A DNA stretch of 62,966 nucleotides, filler included, from Cercozoa sp. M6MM (GCA_040357565.1; 14 parts of 14 records of this genome joined end to end with filler, not necessarily neighbours in it); one strand, 5' to 3'. Shown: positions 33,005-47,556, counted from the first letter of the whole stretch. Made by a program: numbers and translations. The notes: generated by a model not told the origin, from the sequence alone.

Positions 33005-34325
33005 CCTCTCTCTCACACGCACACACATCCTTCCTCTCTCTACCTATCTCCCTTGCCCATTAGAGATTTTATTTTGCAAAATCAGACTGGTGCGCATCTC
33101 GGAGCATGCCTGGGTGCTGCTGCTCGACCAACGCACCGAGTGGGTTTGACTTCACCCTCACTCTCAGTCCTGCAATAAAAGAAGGTTATTTACTCTTGAT
33201 AGACGCACCTACACTCGGGTGTTTCGCAAGGCTTCATGGTGCAAGGTGCTCAACCTGTTGCACAACACGCTACTGCGATCCTCGTCCAGTCGTGCACTCG
33301 TGAATGCCTCCGAAAGCTCGAGTAGCGTGGTATCCTACCTTGCTGCTTTTGTTGTGCTGCAGGGTTAAATGACGGTTATTGCACAGTGGCATCCTCGGTG
33401 TCGTCTGCTTCGACGGTCGACTCGGACGCAGAGGACGTGTACGATCGTCTCTACGTGGTCAACCAGGTGCCCTTCTACTTCCCCATCATGGGCAGCATTC
33501 CGCGGGTACACTGTCTTCACATTCCCCCCACCCTTCCTTGACGGGTCGCAGCCATGTTTCAAAGGTCTCATGGGCTGCATCTCGGTCATGGACCAAGACG
33601 ATGCCGACGACATTCAAGGTGTCCTTCACTCCTTCTTTACTGTCCTTCACCTTTGCCTTTGAGTTGATGGCACTGTTGTGACACAGACCGTTGGAACGTG
33701 CCCGAGCACCGCAAGGAACTCAAACGTGTCAAGAGAGACCTGTAAAATACTTATTGTTAAACTTCGTAGACCCGTACCTCCAACTTTGGAGTGTATGTTG
33801 CCTTTTCAAAGGTTCAAACTGCTGCGACTTGGAAACAAGGGTCGTCGCAAGCGCTACAAGAAGTGGCACAGCCGGCGCCGGCGCAATCGTGCCGACGTGA
33901 AGGCTCCTACCAAGGGTCTCAAGATCGAGGTATTTAGCGGCGATGTGCACTGCGCCTACCAGAAAAGGTACAGTGTCACGACCTCTTCTTGGGTTCTGTG
34001 AAAGCACCATCTCCTGTGTGACAGACACCGACGCCTCCAGAGTGTAATGGACGAATACGTGTCATCGCCCATCCTGAATCACATCTCACCGCTGCTTCGG
34101 CGGTTCGGAGGTTTGTTTTCTTAATATGTCGATACTGTCTTCTGAGTGAAGAAATACTCGTCCTGTGCAGCTATCCAGGAGCGCAACTACCTGCAAGTCA
34201 AAGGCGACACGCACGTCCTCGTGACCGAACATAGTGGCGGCATGCCCTGGAACCTGTCGGATCGCTCCGAGCGCCTCAAGGGCAAGGCGCGGCGACTGTG
34301 TGGTTGCATGAAGTCCATCGGTTAG
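31286..34325 (+). CDS. PhoD-like metallophosphatase (eukaryotic PhoD_2 type), multi-exon; start uncertain
   Basis: Motifs: [59 protein letters not shown]. Confidence 0.88.
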
Positions 34326-34824
34326 AACTCCGCTTCCGGGTGTAGTAGTACAGCACTTGCCGGGCATTGATCAATGATTGAATCCGAAGAACTGAAACTG
34401 AAATTGTCACCGGTTCCATTGGTTCAACCGTTCAAGTTTATAGCTACCAAGGTTAAAATTAACCAAATTAACGAAATGAGTCTTCCAATAATTAATCAGG
34501 TGAAACGATCCCGTCGAACGATAATTAAACTACTGTACCTACGCGATGGTATCGTACTCGAACTGGCTGACTTCAATTTAAGTCACACGACAGCTTTCAA
34601 TTCTAAAAGTGACCGTTTACTACTGGAGATCGGCCACTTGCCGTCGGATTCAATGTGCAGTACAGTCTTCTGGTTTCGAGTTTCACAGGTTGTACTCGCA
34701 AGCGCACGGCGACGGTGACCAGCGTGATCATATTTCGCTTCTGCCCAAAACAAGCCAGAAGAAAGACATCAAACTTTTAATTTAATTCAAATACCGTGGG
34801 CTCGGATACCAAACGGACGGTGTT

Positions 34825-35340
34825 CTAATTTTTTGAAGATGAAAGGAAAAGTCGAGCGAGCTCCCGCTGACGCAGACGGCTTCGGACGAACTTCACGATG
34901 CAGTCGACGTTGAATCGAACGAGGCGAACTTGGCTCTCCTTGACCGACTCGAGCAGACGGCGCGGTCGTTGTTGGTGCTGGCGGCGGCGCCAACATGCTT
35001 CAAAGCTGCAACCGCGCTCGGCAATGCGCTCCAGTTGAGCTTTTGCCGCTTCTTTGGCGACTTCTTCGTTGTTGAGCAGGCGCAACAAGTGCTCGCACTT
35101 GAATGACACGGCTGCTTCAGGATCTGCAGACTGTTGCTGCTCTTTCTGCAGCTTCTGCTTGACGGTAGCATCTTGGGACACCCGCAAGCTCCCGATCACT
35201 TTGCTTATAACGTTTTGAGCACAAGTAACATACAAGACAAAACACAAAAAAGACAACAATACAAATACCAAAAACTCACAAAGCAAACACAAAATCACAA
35301 AGCCCATGCCACACGTATCTTTCCCGGTTTCAAAGCTCAC
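34825..35340 (-). CDS. Hypothetical protein with N-terminal hydrophobic segment and coiled coil
   Basis: 171-aa ORF with a TM-like N-terminus and a Q/K/E-rich helix. Confidence 0.45.
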   Translation of the reverse strand: MSFETGKDTCGMGFVILCLLCEFLVFVLLSFLCFVLYVTCAQNVISKVIGSLRVSQDATVKQKLQKEQQQSADPEAAVSFKCEHLLRLLNNEEVAKEAAKAQLERIAERGCSFEACWRRRQHQQRPRRLLESVKESQVRLVRFNVDCIVKFVRSRLRQRELARLFLSSSKN

Positions 35341-36777
35341 AGTGCACTCAAATTACACAACAGACACTGGAACAACTCACCATGGTTCAAACGCAAGACA
35401 AATCTCTCTCTGACAAAGCTTCTCTCCAATCTTGATACGCGAGGGCAGTAAACATTGATTCACGTGTCGTAAGTGTTGTGTGCACCTCACAGGAGGCCCA
35501 GCGCTGAAAGTTGAAATAGCCACTAAGTTGGCTACACATCCCTAAGTGAAACACCCTTTTAGCTTTTCGGTGTATGCACATGCGGTCTCATGCCGACCTA
35601 CCCATGCTGCACACAAAACGCTAAAAGCAACCTGTCGGAGGTCTCGTTGCTAGCAACCTCATTAGATAGATATCCGGCTGTGTGTTATGGCGACTAACAA
35701 CATATGAGACCCGCGTGACATCTCCAGGGACGCTCTCAGCCCTTGCCGAGAACACGCCCAGCCAGGTAAATTTGCGTCGAGTTTCTCCGCAGCAAGTCAG
35801 TGTCACAGTGACTAGTGACCGCTGTTATTGACAGCTGAGACGTTTCTGTTGCGTTTATGACTTAATTAACGTACCCAGGCATCTAATTGCTGTGTAGTCT
35901 GGGCAATTGGAGACCTGCACTCTCGAAGAGCTCTGCAATTTGTTGTGATGTGGGCTGGGGGAGTTTCGACACTTGGTGTTTTCTCAAAACATCCTGATGC
36001 ACAAATTGCGCACTCACCGAGCACACAGTCAGTGGTAGCTCGCATTGTTGTTCGGTAATCCGGACCACCGATCGTGACAGTTTCTGACCATTGGCCTGGG
36101 TTAGCTTCCACGCATTGCCTCCGAGCAAAACTGCCAGACTCGTGTTTCGTAAAATCAGTGTGCGGAAACCTTGAAAAAGGGTACACAGAGGCATGACGGT
36201 TGTTTCCCGTCTCACAGTCTCAGTACTAACAACACGGCGAGCGTCCAGTGGAGTTTCAATCGAATCCGCGTCCGCGGATTTGAGGATGTCCTTCGGCTTC
36301 CAAACAACCTCGACAGGGTCCTACAGCAAAACCATAAGTTACATGCGTACTTTTTGTTAAAGTATCCTGTACTTTCAATGATGCACACAAAAGCATTAAC
36401 CGAGCAATCTTTCGAGCGATTCCTTTAAGTTTTTTCTGTGCGTACGCATTCGTGACAAATCCATTGTACAACATTGGCAATTCGTACCAAAATAAACGGA
36501 TTGCCTAGCAACTTGTTAACCGTTCGGTGACTCGAAAGTTGATTCATTGCTGTCTGTGCGATACCTTCAATCGCCGGTTTTATTAAGTCGCCTTCGGCTT
36601 GCAGAAGCTCGCGCAACAAGCGACGCGTGCGCAACTGTGCTATAACGGTGGCTTTGATTGCCGGCGGACGTGCTTTTGAGAGTTTAATTCTCTTTGCACT
36701 TCCACCAGTCCAGTCGGAGGTTAGAACTTCGGTACTGGTCATGCAGAATTGCAACAAAAACCGCTACGTATACATGT

Positions 36778-36820
<43 letters not shown>

Positions 36821-36946
36821 NNNNNNNNNNNNNNNNNNNNNNNNNNNNNNNNNNNNNNNNNNNNTTAATTAATTAANNNNNNNNNNNNNNNNNNNNNNNN
36901 NNNNNNNNNNNNNNNNNNNNCCCCCCCCCCCCCTATGTCTGTGCAG

Positions 36947-37867
36947 GCAAGGAGGCCGGCGGCACGCGCACGCTGAAAATGTTCGACGACACCGGCAGCA
37001 GTAAGCGGCGGGGGAAGAAACGCTCACGGCGCGACGTCCGCGCGGACGGGGAGATAAGCGCGGACGCAGCAGTGGCTACCACCTCAGGCAGCGTCGGCGT
37101 CGGCAGCGTCACAGCAACTTCAACGACTGCTTCGACTTCGACGACAACGACGGCGCTGGAGGGCAGTGGCAGCAGTGTCGGCGCCAGCGGCGCAGGCGTC
37201 AGCGCGGAGGAGCCGCAGAACGTGGCGATGCAGCGCCTGCTGAAGAAACGTCCGCGCGCACGACCGGAACTGCTGACGCCGGGCAGTCTCGTCACTGATC
37301 GCGCTGGCTTTGTTGAGGAGCGCCTGCTGCTGCCGGCAGGGTACGCGGCGCGCGTGTACGCACCCGACCCACGGCAGGCCGGCAAGGCGTGTCTCTGGAC
37401 GGCCGAGCTGCGCGACAGCGGCGCCGATTCGCCCGACTTTGTGCTGTCGGCGCGCGGCCGACGCCTCGCCTCCAGCGCCTCTGTCACGTAGGGCTAGCCT
37501 CCCTACCCTCCCCCAGTATATCTACATGTACCCCTCCCCTTGCAGAGAGGCCTGGCGTGACGCTCTGCGCGAAGTGAAGCGGCAAAGACGGGCGGCCTCG
37601 CTGCCGACGTCAGACCTGCGCGAATGGTGCGAGTCGCGCCTGCCTGCCGCCGAGTCGGACGACTACAAAGCGCGCATGCACGCACTCTCGCTGTTCGGAC
37701 TGAATACCAAGGCCATCGTGCAGCGTTTGCAGCAGTTACCTGGCGTCGAGCGACTCGTGCAGCGCGGCCGCTACACGATGCGATCCTGGCGCTCCGCCAG
37801 TGCCGCCGCCAAGGCCAAGGATGCCAATAAGCGGTCCAAAAAACGTGCGCGCACTGGTCGATCCTAA
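36947..37867 (+). CDS. FYRN/FYRC (F/Y-rich) domain chromatin protein, C-terminal part
   Basis: GSLV..GF...LLPAGYAARVY..WTAELRDSG..PDFVL; EAW; LFGLNTKAIVQRLQQLPGV. One intron at ~37488-37544. Confidence 0.8.
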
Positions 37868-38189
37868 ATCGCGTGAGTTTTGTCGCGTTAGATTAATCTT
37901 TTTAGTTTTACCGACGTGAGTAGTTCTACCACAACAGCCCAGCGCCTGTAATTTCCTTGGCCCCTGCGTTGTTGATGGGGTTTTCTTTTTGCCAACTGGC
38001 AGGCTCAGTCTACAGGACAGGCTTTCAGACAGGTCCCGTCACAGCTCTGTAGAGCAGTACCGCAGAGCCACAAACTCATAAAAACTCTTCTTTGTCCTTT
38101 GCTTCAATAATAGTAGACCAACTGGTCTGTATGTCCTGGTGGAACTTGAAAAGGGGAGTTGCCGTGCGTTGGATGTCCCTACCCAAAGC

Positions 38190-39790
38190 GGGCGGTGGAT
38201 TACCGTATGCCATGCGCTTGTGACCCACCCCAGTCGAGTACACTGGTACAGGGAAACTAGCAAACTGAACAAACTATCGGTATTGCCGGCGACCCCGGCC
38301 GGGCAGTCTGACCATAATCAAGATGACAGCGATAGCGCGGCGTCGATGCGATGCTTGACGTTAATCCTCCTCCGGAGGAATGTCGCCACACCGCAGTACT
38401 GTGTTGCGCACGGGATGCGTCGCGACGATGCGCTTGCAACGAATCACGTTGACTGTGCTATTGTCGTCATCCGAGTCGTCGGTGCAGGCGTCGCTGGCGC
38501 TGCTGCCACTCGCGCTGGCACTGTACGGGTCGTGCAACTCCACCGCCACGCCAAGTGCCGGTAGCAAGCGTTGCGACTGCACCAGAGAAAACGCTTACTA
38601 TGTTGAGGTCATGAAGCCACATACGTTTCGTACGTACCAGTTCACTGAGCGTCAGTTTCGCCGGCACAATGTTCGTCAAGGAGCCACCTGACAATAGCTT
38701 AACTATTCGGGGGGGGGGGGGGCAATAAAGATACGTGAAAGAAAATGGCACTGGCATGGCGCAAACGCATGTTCTTGTACTGCTCCGTCGGCGTCTTACT
38801 GCAGACAGAAAACTGAGATGCGCATTATATCTTAATGTAAGCATATACAAGCAAGTAGAAGCTCACCCCCCATCGTCTCGACACACATCGATGGTGAACA
38901 CTCGGTGATCGAATCTACTCGCTGATGATATAAGCACAGACATGAAATATCGGTGCGTCAACAAGTACCTGCCGTAGTAGGCGCGATCGTAGTTGTCCCA
39001 CTGGTAAGTGCCTCCGGACGGATCACAAGGGAGTGCCAACGGCATTAGCGACAACGTGTCGGCACTCGGTCTCTTTGACACGACATACACACTTCACACA
39101 CAAACGTACAGCTATGTTTTGAGAGAAAGGTACAGGGCCTTCGAATCGGAAACCGTATCGCACGATGTGTTCGCTTCGATTCTCCATATTGATCGTGTAC
39201 ACTGACGTGCTTCCTTTCTACCGGCCAAACACAAAAAATAAGACAGGAGGGACAGCGTTTAGTCAAGTAGTACAAAAGTAATGTCGCTCAGCATGAGTTT
39301 CAACGGGTCCGACAGCTGTGGCGGCGTTTGTGTCTGTTTGATCGAGAGACTGCAATCCTGCTCAACGGACACACGCACACAGATACTCGCACCTGCAAGG
39401 TACCTACCAGGTTGAGGTTGTACACTGCGGTCCTCTGCCGACACTGCGCCTTCGTCGTGATGCAACGGACGCGTGACAAAGCTTTCCATACCTAGGGACA
39501 CACTTTAGTAGACATAGGTTTTGCAGTGTTAGATACCAGGTTTGACTCGCACGTTGGGGAAGGAATCGACACACGCCTCCAACGCATCGCATGCCTAATC
39601 GCTCAGCAGAGCAGTACACATACACACAACCAGGGTCGTCTAGTGTAAGATACCGAATTGCAAGCGATCAGGTGCGAGTCATGCGCAGCAGGCACGAGAA
39701 ACAACACCCTTGACTCGGGTCGCACAGCAATGTCGAACAGACTAAAGGGCGATTAAACATCACCGAGACAATGGAAAGCAAGAGGCTTAC
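38190..39790 (-). CDS. Hypothetical multi-exon protein
   Basis: A regular series of minus-strand GT-AG introns separates open exons. Boundaries are uncertain and no family was recognised. Confidence 0.4.
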
Positions 39791-40267
39791 GTAATTTGTC
39801 GCAAACCACTGTCGTCGCTTCCGACGACCTGTGTCAGACAGTAACAAAACTATATTTGACGCTTCTTCGGGGAGAACAACGACGAAACAAAACAGTGTTT
39901 TGCAAAAAATTCACTAAACAAGTGTTACAAGAGTTCTGACGCCACAAACAGCCCACTGGTGGGCATCACTGCTCTCTTGATTCAGCTGGAACCCCATATT
40001 AACGCACAAAACTGACTAGTTTGGACGCAGCAGATTGCCCGTTTATTGTCGCGCCTTTAAAATTCGCGCCCCGGCAGGCTGAGCTTAAAACGTCTAAAGT
40101 TTAGCTTTACTGTTGTGAGTTTCACCGATTATGAGCTTTTAGCGTGTCATGGTTGGTACGGTTGTTTCAGGGACAAAAAAGGCGTCCGGATGCGACGTGC
40201 AGGCAAGTGGTTGCAGCAAGAGAAACGTCGCGACGCTTCCTTCCTTCGCAGCGATCCCGTACATGAC

Positions 40268-40394
<127 letters not shown>

Positions 40395-40494
40395 NNNNNN
40401 NNNNNNNNNNNNNNNNNNNNNNNNNNNNNNNNNNNNNNTTAATTAATTAANNNNNNNNNNNNNNNNNNNNNNNNNNNNNNNNNNNNNNNNNNNN

Positions 40495-41954
40495 GCGCGG
40501 ACGCCCAGGGCCCGCCGCCCGGCCGGCACCGCGCGCCCGCTCCCCGCGCGGCCGCACCCTTCACCCCTCAGGCGTCCCCCACCGCGGTGCGCCCCGGGCA
40601 GAGACGGTGCCGTGTGTGCTGGAGACGGCGACGTCGGCGGCAGGCGAGTTCGTCCGCGCGGAGAGCGAGCGCGCGGTGACGGCCGTGCTGCGTGCACTGG
40701 GCGTCCGCGCGGACGGCGGCGTGCCGCCCATGGCGCTGGCGGCGGCGCAGCTGGCGGTGGCTCGGCACGGCGCGCGCACCGTGGTGCCGGACGCCTCCGA
40801 GGTGGCCTCTTCGGACCGACTCGTGACGAGACACGTGCTGGCGCTGCTGGCGGGCCGCGTGAGTTTTACCCCCCTACCTACGCGAGTCTTGACCCCCCTG
40901 CCTACGCGAGTCCTACCCCAACACCTACCTCCCCGACCCTTTACCCCCCATCTTACCCCCCTGTCTCTCCAGGTGCCTCTGGAGACACGGCCGCTGGGAG
41001 TGACGGGACGCCGCGGCGGCAGTCGGCGTGGCCGAGGCAAGAACAAGGCTGTCGGAGGCAGTGCCAACAAGGCGGTCGGACAGGCCAGTCGGCAGACTGC
41101 GGCGGCCTGTATGTCCGAGGCACCTCTGTCGACGCATGCGGTGACCACCTTGCTTCCTGTGCTCGCGGCCGCTGTTGCCTCGGTGCGCGTGTCGGCCAAG
41201 AAGAAGGTGCTTACCCCCCNNNNNNNNNNGCGCGGACGCCCAGGGCCCGCCGCCCGGCCGGCACCGCGCGCCCGCTCCCCGCGCGGCCGCACCCTTCACC
41301 CCTCAGGCGTCCCCCACCGCGGTGCGCCCCGGGCAGAGACGGTGCCGTGTGTGCTGGAGACGGCGACGTCGGCGGCAGGCGAGTTCGTCCGCGCGGAGAG
41401 CGAGCGCGCGGTGACGGCCGTGCTGCGTGCACTGGGCGTCCGCGCGGACGGCGGCGTGCCGCCCATGGCGCTGGCGGCGGCGCAGCTGGCGGTGGCTCGG
41501 CACGGCGCGCGCACCGTGGTGCCGGACGCCTCCGAGGTGGCCTCTTCGGACCGACTCGTGACGAGACACGTGCTGGCGCTGCTGGCGGGCCGCGTGAGTT
41601 TTACCCCCCTACCTACGCGAGTCTTGACCCCCCTGCCTACGCGAGTCCTACCCCAACACCTACCTCCCCGACCCTTTACCCCCCATCTTACCCCCCTGTC
41701 TCTCCAGGTGCCTCTGGAGACACGGCCGCTGGGAGTGACGGGACGCCGCGGCGGCAGTCGGCGTGGCCGAGGCAAGAACAAGGCTGTCGGAGGCAGTGCC
41801 AACAAGGCGGTCGGACAGGCCAGTCGGCAGACTGCGGCGGCCTGTATGTCCGAGGCACCTCTGTCGACGCATGCGGTGACCACCTTGCTTCCTGTGCTCG
41901 CGGCCGCTGTTGCCTCGGTGCGCGTGTCGGCCAAGAAGAAGGTGCTTACCCCCC
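40495..41954 (+). repeat. Exact 725-bp tandem duplication (40495-41219 = 41230-41954) of a very GC-rich internal gene fragment, separated by 10 N
   Basis: The two copies appear identical by eye and each contains two exons and a C-rich intron. Most likely a scaffolding artefact. Confidence 0.9.
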
Positions 41955-42098
41955 NNNNNNNNNNNNNNNNNNNNNNNNNNNNNNNNNNNNNNNNNNNNTT
42001 AATTAATTAANNNNNNNNNNNNNNNNNNNNNNNNNNNNNNNNNNNNNNNNNNNNCCCCCCCCCCCCCATCACTCCTTTACCTATTTGCCCCCCTCCAG

Positions 42099-43016
42099 AC
42101 CCGACACCAGAAGAGAGCGAGTCAACCGAAGGCGAAACGATGCTGCCGCTAGATGCATCGGAACGTGTGCACACAGGACCTCCCGAAGTGACGGGGGCTT
42201 TCACACGCATGGACTCCATGGTCGCCTTCTTGGGTAGCACTTTCTACTCTGACCCTACCCTACCCTACCCTACCCTACCCCCTTCCCCCGTGCCTCAGCA
42301 CGCTCGTTGCTGTCGCACTTCCGCGTGGCGGCGCGAGACGACGCCGACGATGTCGAGGACGCCGACGACGTCGTGGACGAGAAGAAAACGCACCTGGCCA
42401 CGAATCAGCAGATCTACGCTGTGCTGGCCAAGTCCATGCCGCGCTACCGGTACGCACACCTCTAGCCTATCTACTCATATATCCCTGTCCTAATACACTG
42501 TATTTTATTTATTTGCTTGTTTTGTTCATTTCTTTATTATTCGTTGTGATTTATTTGTTTGCTTTTTTCTTTTTTATTCATTCATTTCATTATGTCAAGT
42601 TGTGCACCAACCTGTGTATGCCTATCGAACGAGCCAACTTACGCGTGTTTCTAACAGGGGCAACCACCGGCACGCCGCTCGCTACGTGCAGCGCATGCGC
42701 ATGTACGAACTGCTCACCGAGCATGGCCGGATGGGCCGCGTGCTGCGCTATCGACTGCGTGCACGTCGCACACGACGCTGGTTACGCCGCACGGTGGCCA
42801 CACAGGTGCCCACAGCTACTTTTAACGATTTTTGTATAGCGTTTTTATTAAGGGGGTTCTCTGTAGTGCCTGGTGGATTTGGCGACCTATGACGCGACGC
42901 ACCCGCCACCACGCAACGCTTTGCCGGGCTGGACGCTTCTGCAGCTGCGTGGCGAACTGGAGGAAGTGGAGGAGTCGCTCGGGCGACGCTTAGGACCCGT
43001 CGTGTCGGCACGCTGA
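42099..43016 (+). CDS. 3' part of a hypothetical multi-exon gene
   Basis: GC-rich exons with GT-AG introns, ending ...LGRRLGPVVSAR*. Confidence 0.55.
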
Positions 43017-43244
43017 GTCATTTTGTCCGGTCCGCGCTAGCCGTCAGTTCAGTTTTCGTTTTTCGTTTCAGCAGCCGCTGGAACAGCATCTTTCTTGACG
43101 CATCGGTACAGTATCGTACAACGCCCCAGTCTTTAAAAAACATACGGGCGTCATCCATTCGTTCCGAGAAAAAGACTCAATTCTAATCCAATCCAAAGTG
43201 AAGCAGTTTGAGCACTAGTATACTTATTTGACTACTGACTCACT

Positions 43245-45552
43245 ATGAGTGCCCTTTGGCGCGATCTGAGCGACTGCTCGGGTTGGTTTGATTGTAGTTC
43301 TGTGGGGATGATGATGTTTCACACCTCTGTGTGTAGACATCGAAGAAGAAGCCTCGGATAGTCACGAGGAGAGACATCAGGATTTAGAAGATGAGCCAGA
43401 CAGTTTTTTGAACTTTGAGAAAGAGACGAACGAGCCAGAAAGGCCGGCAGCAGCGGTGCGTTTCTTTTCTTTGTCCGCTTGAATGGACCATGCGATCGCT
43501 TGGACAGCAGCAAAAGGAAGACGAAGAAGACGTGCCCCAGCTGGAGTTCAAAGTGCTGCGTGTCACAAATGGAACCGTCGAAACAGTTGAAACTCCAAAT
43601 GTAAAACCTCAGTTTATCCAGTTCCCCAGGTTGTATTTGTGTATCCACAAGACCACAAAGGAGCCGAGTGATGTAAACGAGGACCCGAATTCTGTGCGTC
43701 GGTAGCGTTTCTCCCACAAAAAACAACAAGACACAAACAAGGTTGTTTGTGAAGGTATATGCTGGACCGGACTGACGGTGCCTTGTTGTTCTTTCGCTTC
43801 CTCTCGATCAAAGACGTCGCTCTCAACTGCTGCAAGGGTACCTTGGGGGGTTTAAAGGATGGGGGACAACTGAGGGTAAACTGGAGGGTAAATGCGTAGT
43901 GAGCACGCTGTGGTGCGAGCTGTCGCAGCTGCATTTGCAGCATCGGTGGCGCCTGCCGTGTCCTCTGCTGTCGCGGCACCTGCAACTGCATCCGCAGCAT
44001 TCGCAGCAGGCCGTCTTGCTGTCCCAGGTACACGCGTTTCCCCCTGTACCCTTCCTTTTTCCCTTCTCCTTTACCCTTCTCCTTTCTCTTCCCCTTTGCC
44101 CTTCCCCTTTACCCTTTCCCTTTACCCTTCCTCTTTACCCTTCCTCTTTACCCTCCGTGTTATTCGTATTAGCGTCAGTCAAAAGCCATCGTAGGCTTAC
44201 TTGTATGATTACCCCCCTCCTTACTCCCATGGTGCAGCCGACTGTGGCATGGCTGCCGGTGCCGAATGCGCACAACATGCGTGCGTCAATCTCGTAGGCT
44301 TATCCCCTCTCCGTTACCTTTTTCTTCTCTTTACCTCCTCCCAAGTAGACACTTACCAGAGGACACACGCATGATGCTGGTGCGACCATCGCTGCAGCAA
44401 TCCGGACAGTGGCAGGTCGATATTGTCGACTTCACGGAGCGCACGACCGCTGGCTTCTTGTGCTTTCAACCCTTTTACCCCCTTACCTCTACCCCTCTTG
44501 GATCTAACCCATCACCCCCTCCGACAGTCCAAAAACGTACCGCCGACCGGTGCGATGGCAGCGACGACGACTGCACCGAATGACGCATCGTGACGACTTT
44601 TTTGTCGATTGGAGAAACGATCGCTACGGTCTCGTCTCCGTCAATGGGGTGCCGTGCTTTACCCCCCTCTCTTACCCCCTTAATCCCCTACTTCATTCAC
44701 AGGAAGGAGAGTGCACGTTGGTGTGGCACTCCATGTACGACGATGATAGGTAACTTTACCTCTCTGATTACCCCTTACCTCCCTACCTTTCTACCTCCCT
44801 ACCTTTCTACCTCCCTACCTTCCTACCTTCCTACATTCCTGCCTTCCTACTCCCTTTACCCCCTTTACCCCTTTACCCCTTGAGTCAGCGAGGAAGCGAA
44901 CCGACTGCGCATGCGACTCGGCTACGCCGTACACGCAGACTTCCGCACCAGCGTAACCTTAACACACACAGCATAATATTAAGGGTGCGGTGTGTGTGTG
45001 TGGTTAAGGGTGCTTTGATTAAGGCTGTGTTTGTAGCCAGGCGGCAGCCTGGTGGCAGTGACGCCGAACCACGTGTTTGTGTCTCATGGTGATGCCACTG
45101 TCGACACGGCGCGATCGGCCGAGCTGCGAGTGTCACCGTGCGGCACCGTGCTAGCACGTGTCAGTGATCACGTGATTAGTGTGACACGTGTCAGTGACGG
45201 TACCGTCACTCGGTACACCGTCGCTGACTCGGAGCGGTCTGATCACACCGTGCGGGACGTCTGCATCGACGACACCGGCGTCTACGGCCTGGTACTGTCC
45301 CCCTGACCCTTCCGCGCGGACACTGAGTGACTGAGTGACCGGACCGCTGGACAGACACGTGCCATTGTGAGTGTCGAAGGCAAGAGAGGCACCGCACGAG
45401 TGCTGCGACTGCTGGCGATCGCACTGGACCACACAGGCGACGTTGATCTCGACGCGGCTGCTGCGCACGTGGTCACTCTGCCACTGCGACCGAAGGAGAA
45501 CGTGCCACGTGTCCGACTCGACTCACTGACTGTACTGCAATGTCAACACTGA
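43245..45552 (+). CDS. Probable F-box protein with beta-rich C-terminus
   Basis: LLFFRFLSIKDVALNCCK|VSTLWCELS matches the F-box pattern. Downstream exons are beta-strand-like. Confidence 0.55.
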
Positions 45553-46943
45553 GGGCGAGAAGGCGATCATTGTGGTACCAAACACTGTCTCTGTGTCTGC
45601 TTGGACAGGGCAACTTCCGCATCAAGCTGGATTCGAACCAGGCGGCCAAATGGACGACGAAACTGTACCACTTGCTTCCTCCCCTTAATCACTTTCTTAA
45701 TGATATTAAACCCTCCCTAAACTAGCAACGGAATCGATGTCTTTGTGCACGAGGATGACTGCGATTTCAAACTGCCTTCTGGGTATCTCATTCACTCAGC
45801 TGGTTTATCCTGAGTGTACAGCTGTGTTATGTAGCTACATCAAGGGAAGCTACATGTCGCCTGTGCTTCGTTTGCATGGTATCGATATTGACAATTTTGT
45901 TTTGCCTCAAGTTCTGAGCGAGCTGAGCCTGACTAACACTGAATGTGTCCATCCAGATCACGAACTTCGCCCGGTTCTGCCTTTTTCCGCCTTTGTCAAC
46001 GTAAAATTCAGTTTATTTGGCTCACAAATAGGTCATTCCGTCCGCACGGATTGTTTTAATCGTGCAGAATCGCAATGTGCGCAACGGCATTGCGTTGGAC
46101 GGCTCGGTCGTTGCTATCGGTGGCACATGTCTCGTTGTGCCCGTGGCCTTTGGTTCAGGGGTACAGCTATGCTGAACTGAAAGTTGGGGCGAGTTTAAGC
46201 TGAGTTGCAGTTTTTTTTTTTCGTTTTGTTGTTTTCCAGTGAAGTTGCGTTACAGTATGTCTTTTGAACTGAAACATTTAGGTTGTCGTGCTCGTTAAAG
46301 ACGTTGCTGTTTTGAAACAAGACGCAGCTGTCGTACATTAACTGACTTTCGGGTGTTTGTGTTTGTTTGAAAATCGTTTTGTTTGTAGCCCTTCTCACAG
46401 CGACACTTTTCGACGATTTTCTCCAAAATTGCTCAGCACGAAACTGCCTCTCGGCCTTCCGACACATTGGTTTGTTTTGCTTTTGTTGCACTGTTAATAT
46501 GCAATGAAAAAATGTAATCATTTCAGCCTGAGCTCGATGAGAGCCCCGAAGAAGCGGAGCCGAAAATGACGCGCCGACAGCGCGCGCTGGCGAAACGCAA
46601 GCATCAAGAGCACAAGCGACTGTGCCAAGTTGGTACACACTCGTGTCTTGTGTTGTGTTTCGTCTGTTTTGACTTGCTTTCGTGTGCTTAGGGAAACATG
46701 TGTCGAATGCAAAGGTCGAAAGAATCCCCCAGACGCAGGAGTACTTCCGATCGACAGAGCGCCCTGTTTTGTCTCGCAATGATGTCGATGCACTCCGGTA
46801 TAACTCTGTTAGTTGTTATTGTTTCAAAATGTGAAGTTGAGGCACAGACGATGCGGTGATCGGTCGGGTTTGTACTCGATTCACCGTGTGGTTACCACCT
46901 ACGGTATGCGCATGCTAAACAAGGAAACTTAGTCAGTGTGCTT

Positions 46944-47002
<59 letters not shown>

Positions 47003-47112
47003 CACACANNNNNNNNNNNNNNNNNNNNNNNNNNNNNNNNNNNNNNNNNNNNTTAATTAATTAANNNNNNNNNNNNNNNNNNNNNNNNNNNNNNNNNNNN
47101 NNNNNNNNTTAG

Positions 47113-47327
47113 CCACAGCAGTGCGAAACGTGTGATCTTAAGCAAAGGTCCGTGCCGCTGTGGCGCCTTAGTTCGCACTAAGAGCCGGATCACAAGACAA
47201 AAGTATTATTTTTGAAGCCCAAAACGGCCTCTGGGGTCGGCGTGGGTGGGCCGAGTTGCCCCCACGCACTGGCACGAAGACCGCCGAGGAGACCTCGGGG
47301 TGCTCGAAGGAGTGTGCAGTGCAGTAG
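47113..47327 (+). CDS. Last exons of an unidentified gene ending in a CaaX prenylation motif
   Basis: Spliced reading ...AQNGLWGRRGWAELPPRTGTKTAEETSGCSKECAVQ*. Confidence 0.45.
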
Positions 47328-47556
47328 TGCTTGGAATCGAGGAAGTCGACCGAATCCAGAAACAGTCGGGGAATGGGATCATGGAAGTTCCCGAGAAGTG
47401 CCCCCGCCGCCAGGGACACGTGCCGACTTTTGGCGCTTTTGGCGATTTTTGCGTTTTTCGCGTTTGACGGATTTTGTGACCCGACGCTTGAGCTCCTGCA
47501 CGCTCCAGCGGCCTGAACGCCCTTAGACCCTCCCGAAGGACCCAACTACACTTGTC

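Noticed and set aside
40495-41954. Tandem gene-segment duplication and the 464-467 aa ORFs spanning it
   Set aside because: The copies look identical, are joined by a 10-N gap and fill the whole contig, which is typical of a scaffolding artefact. The ORFs read through Ns and introns.
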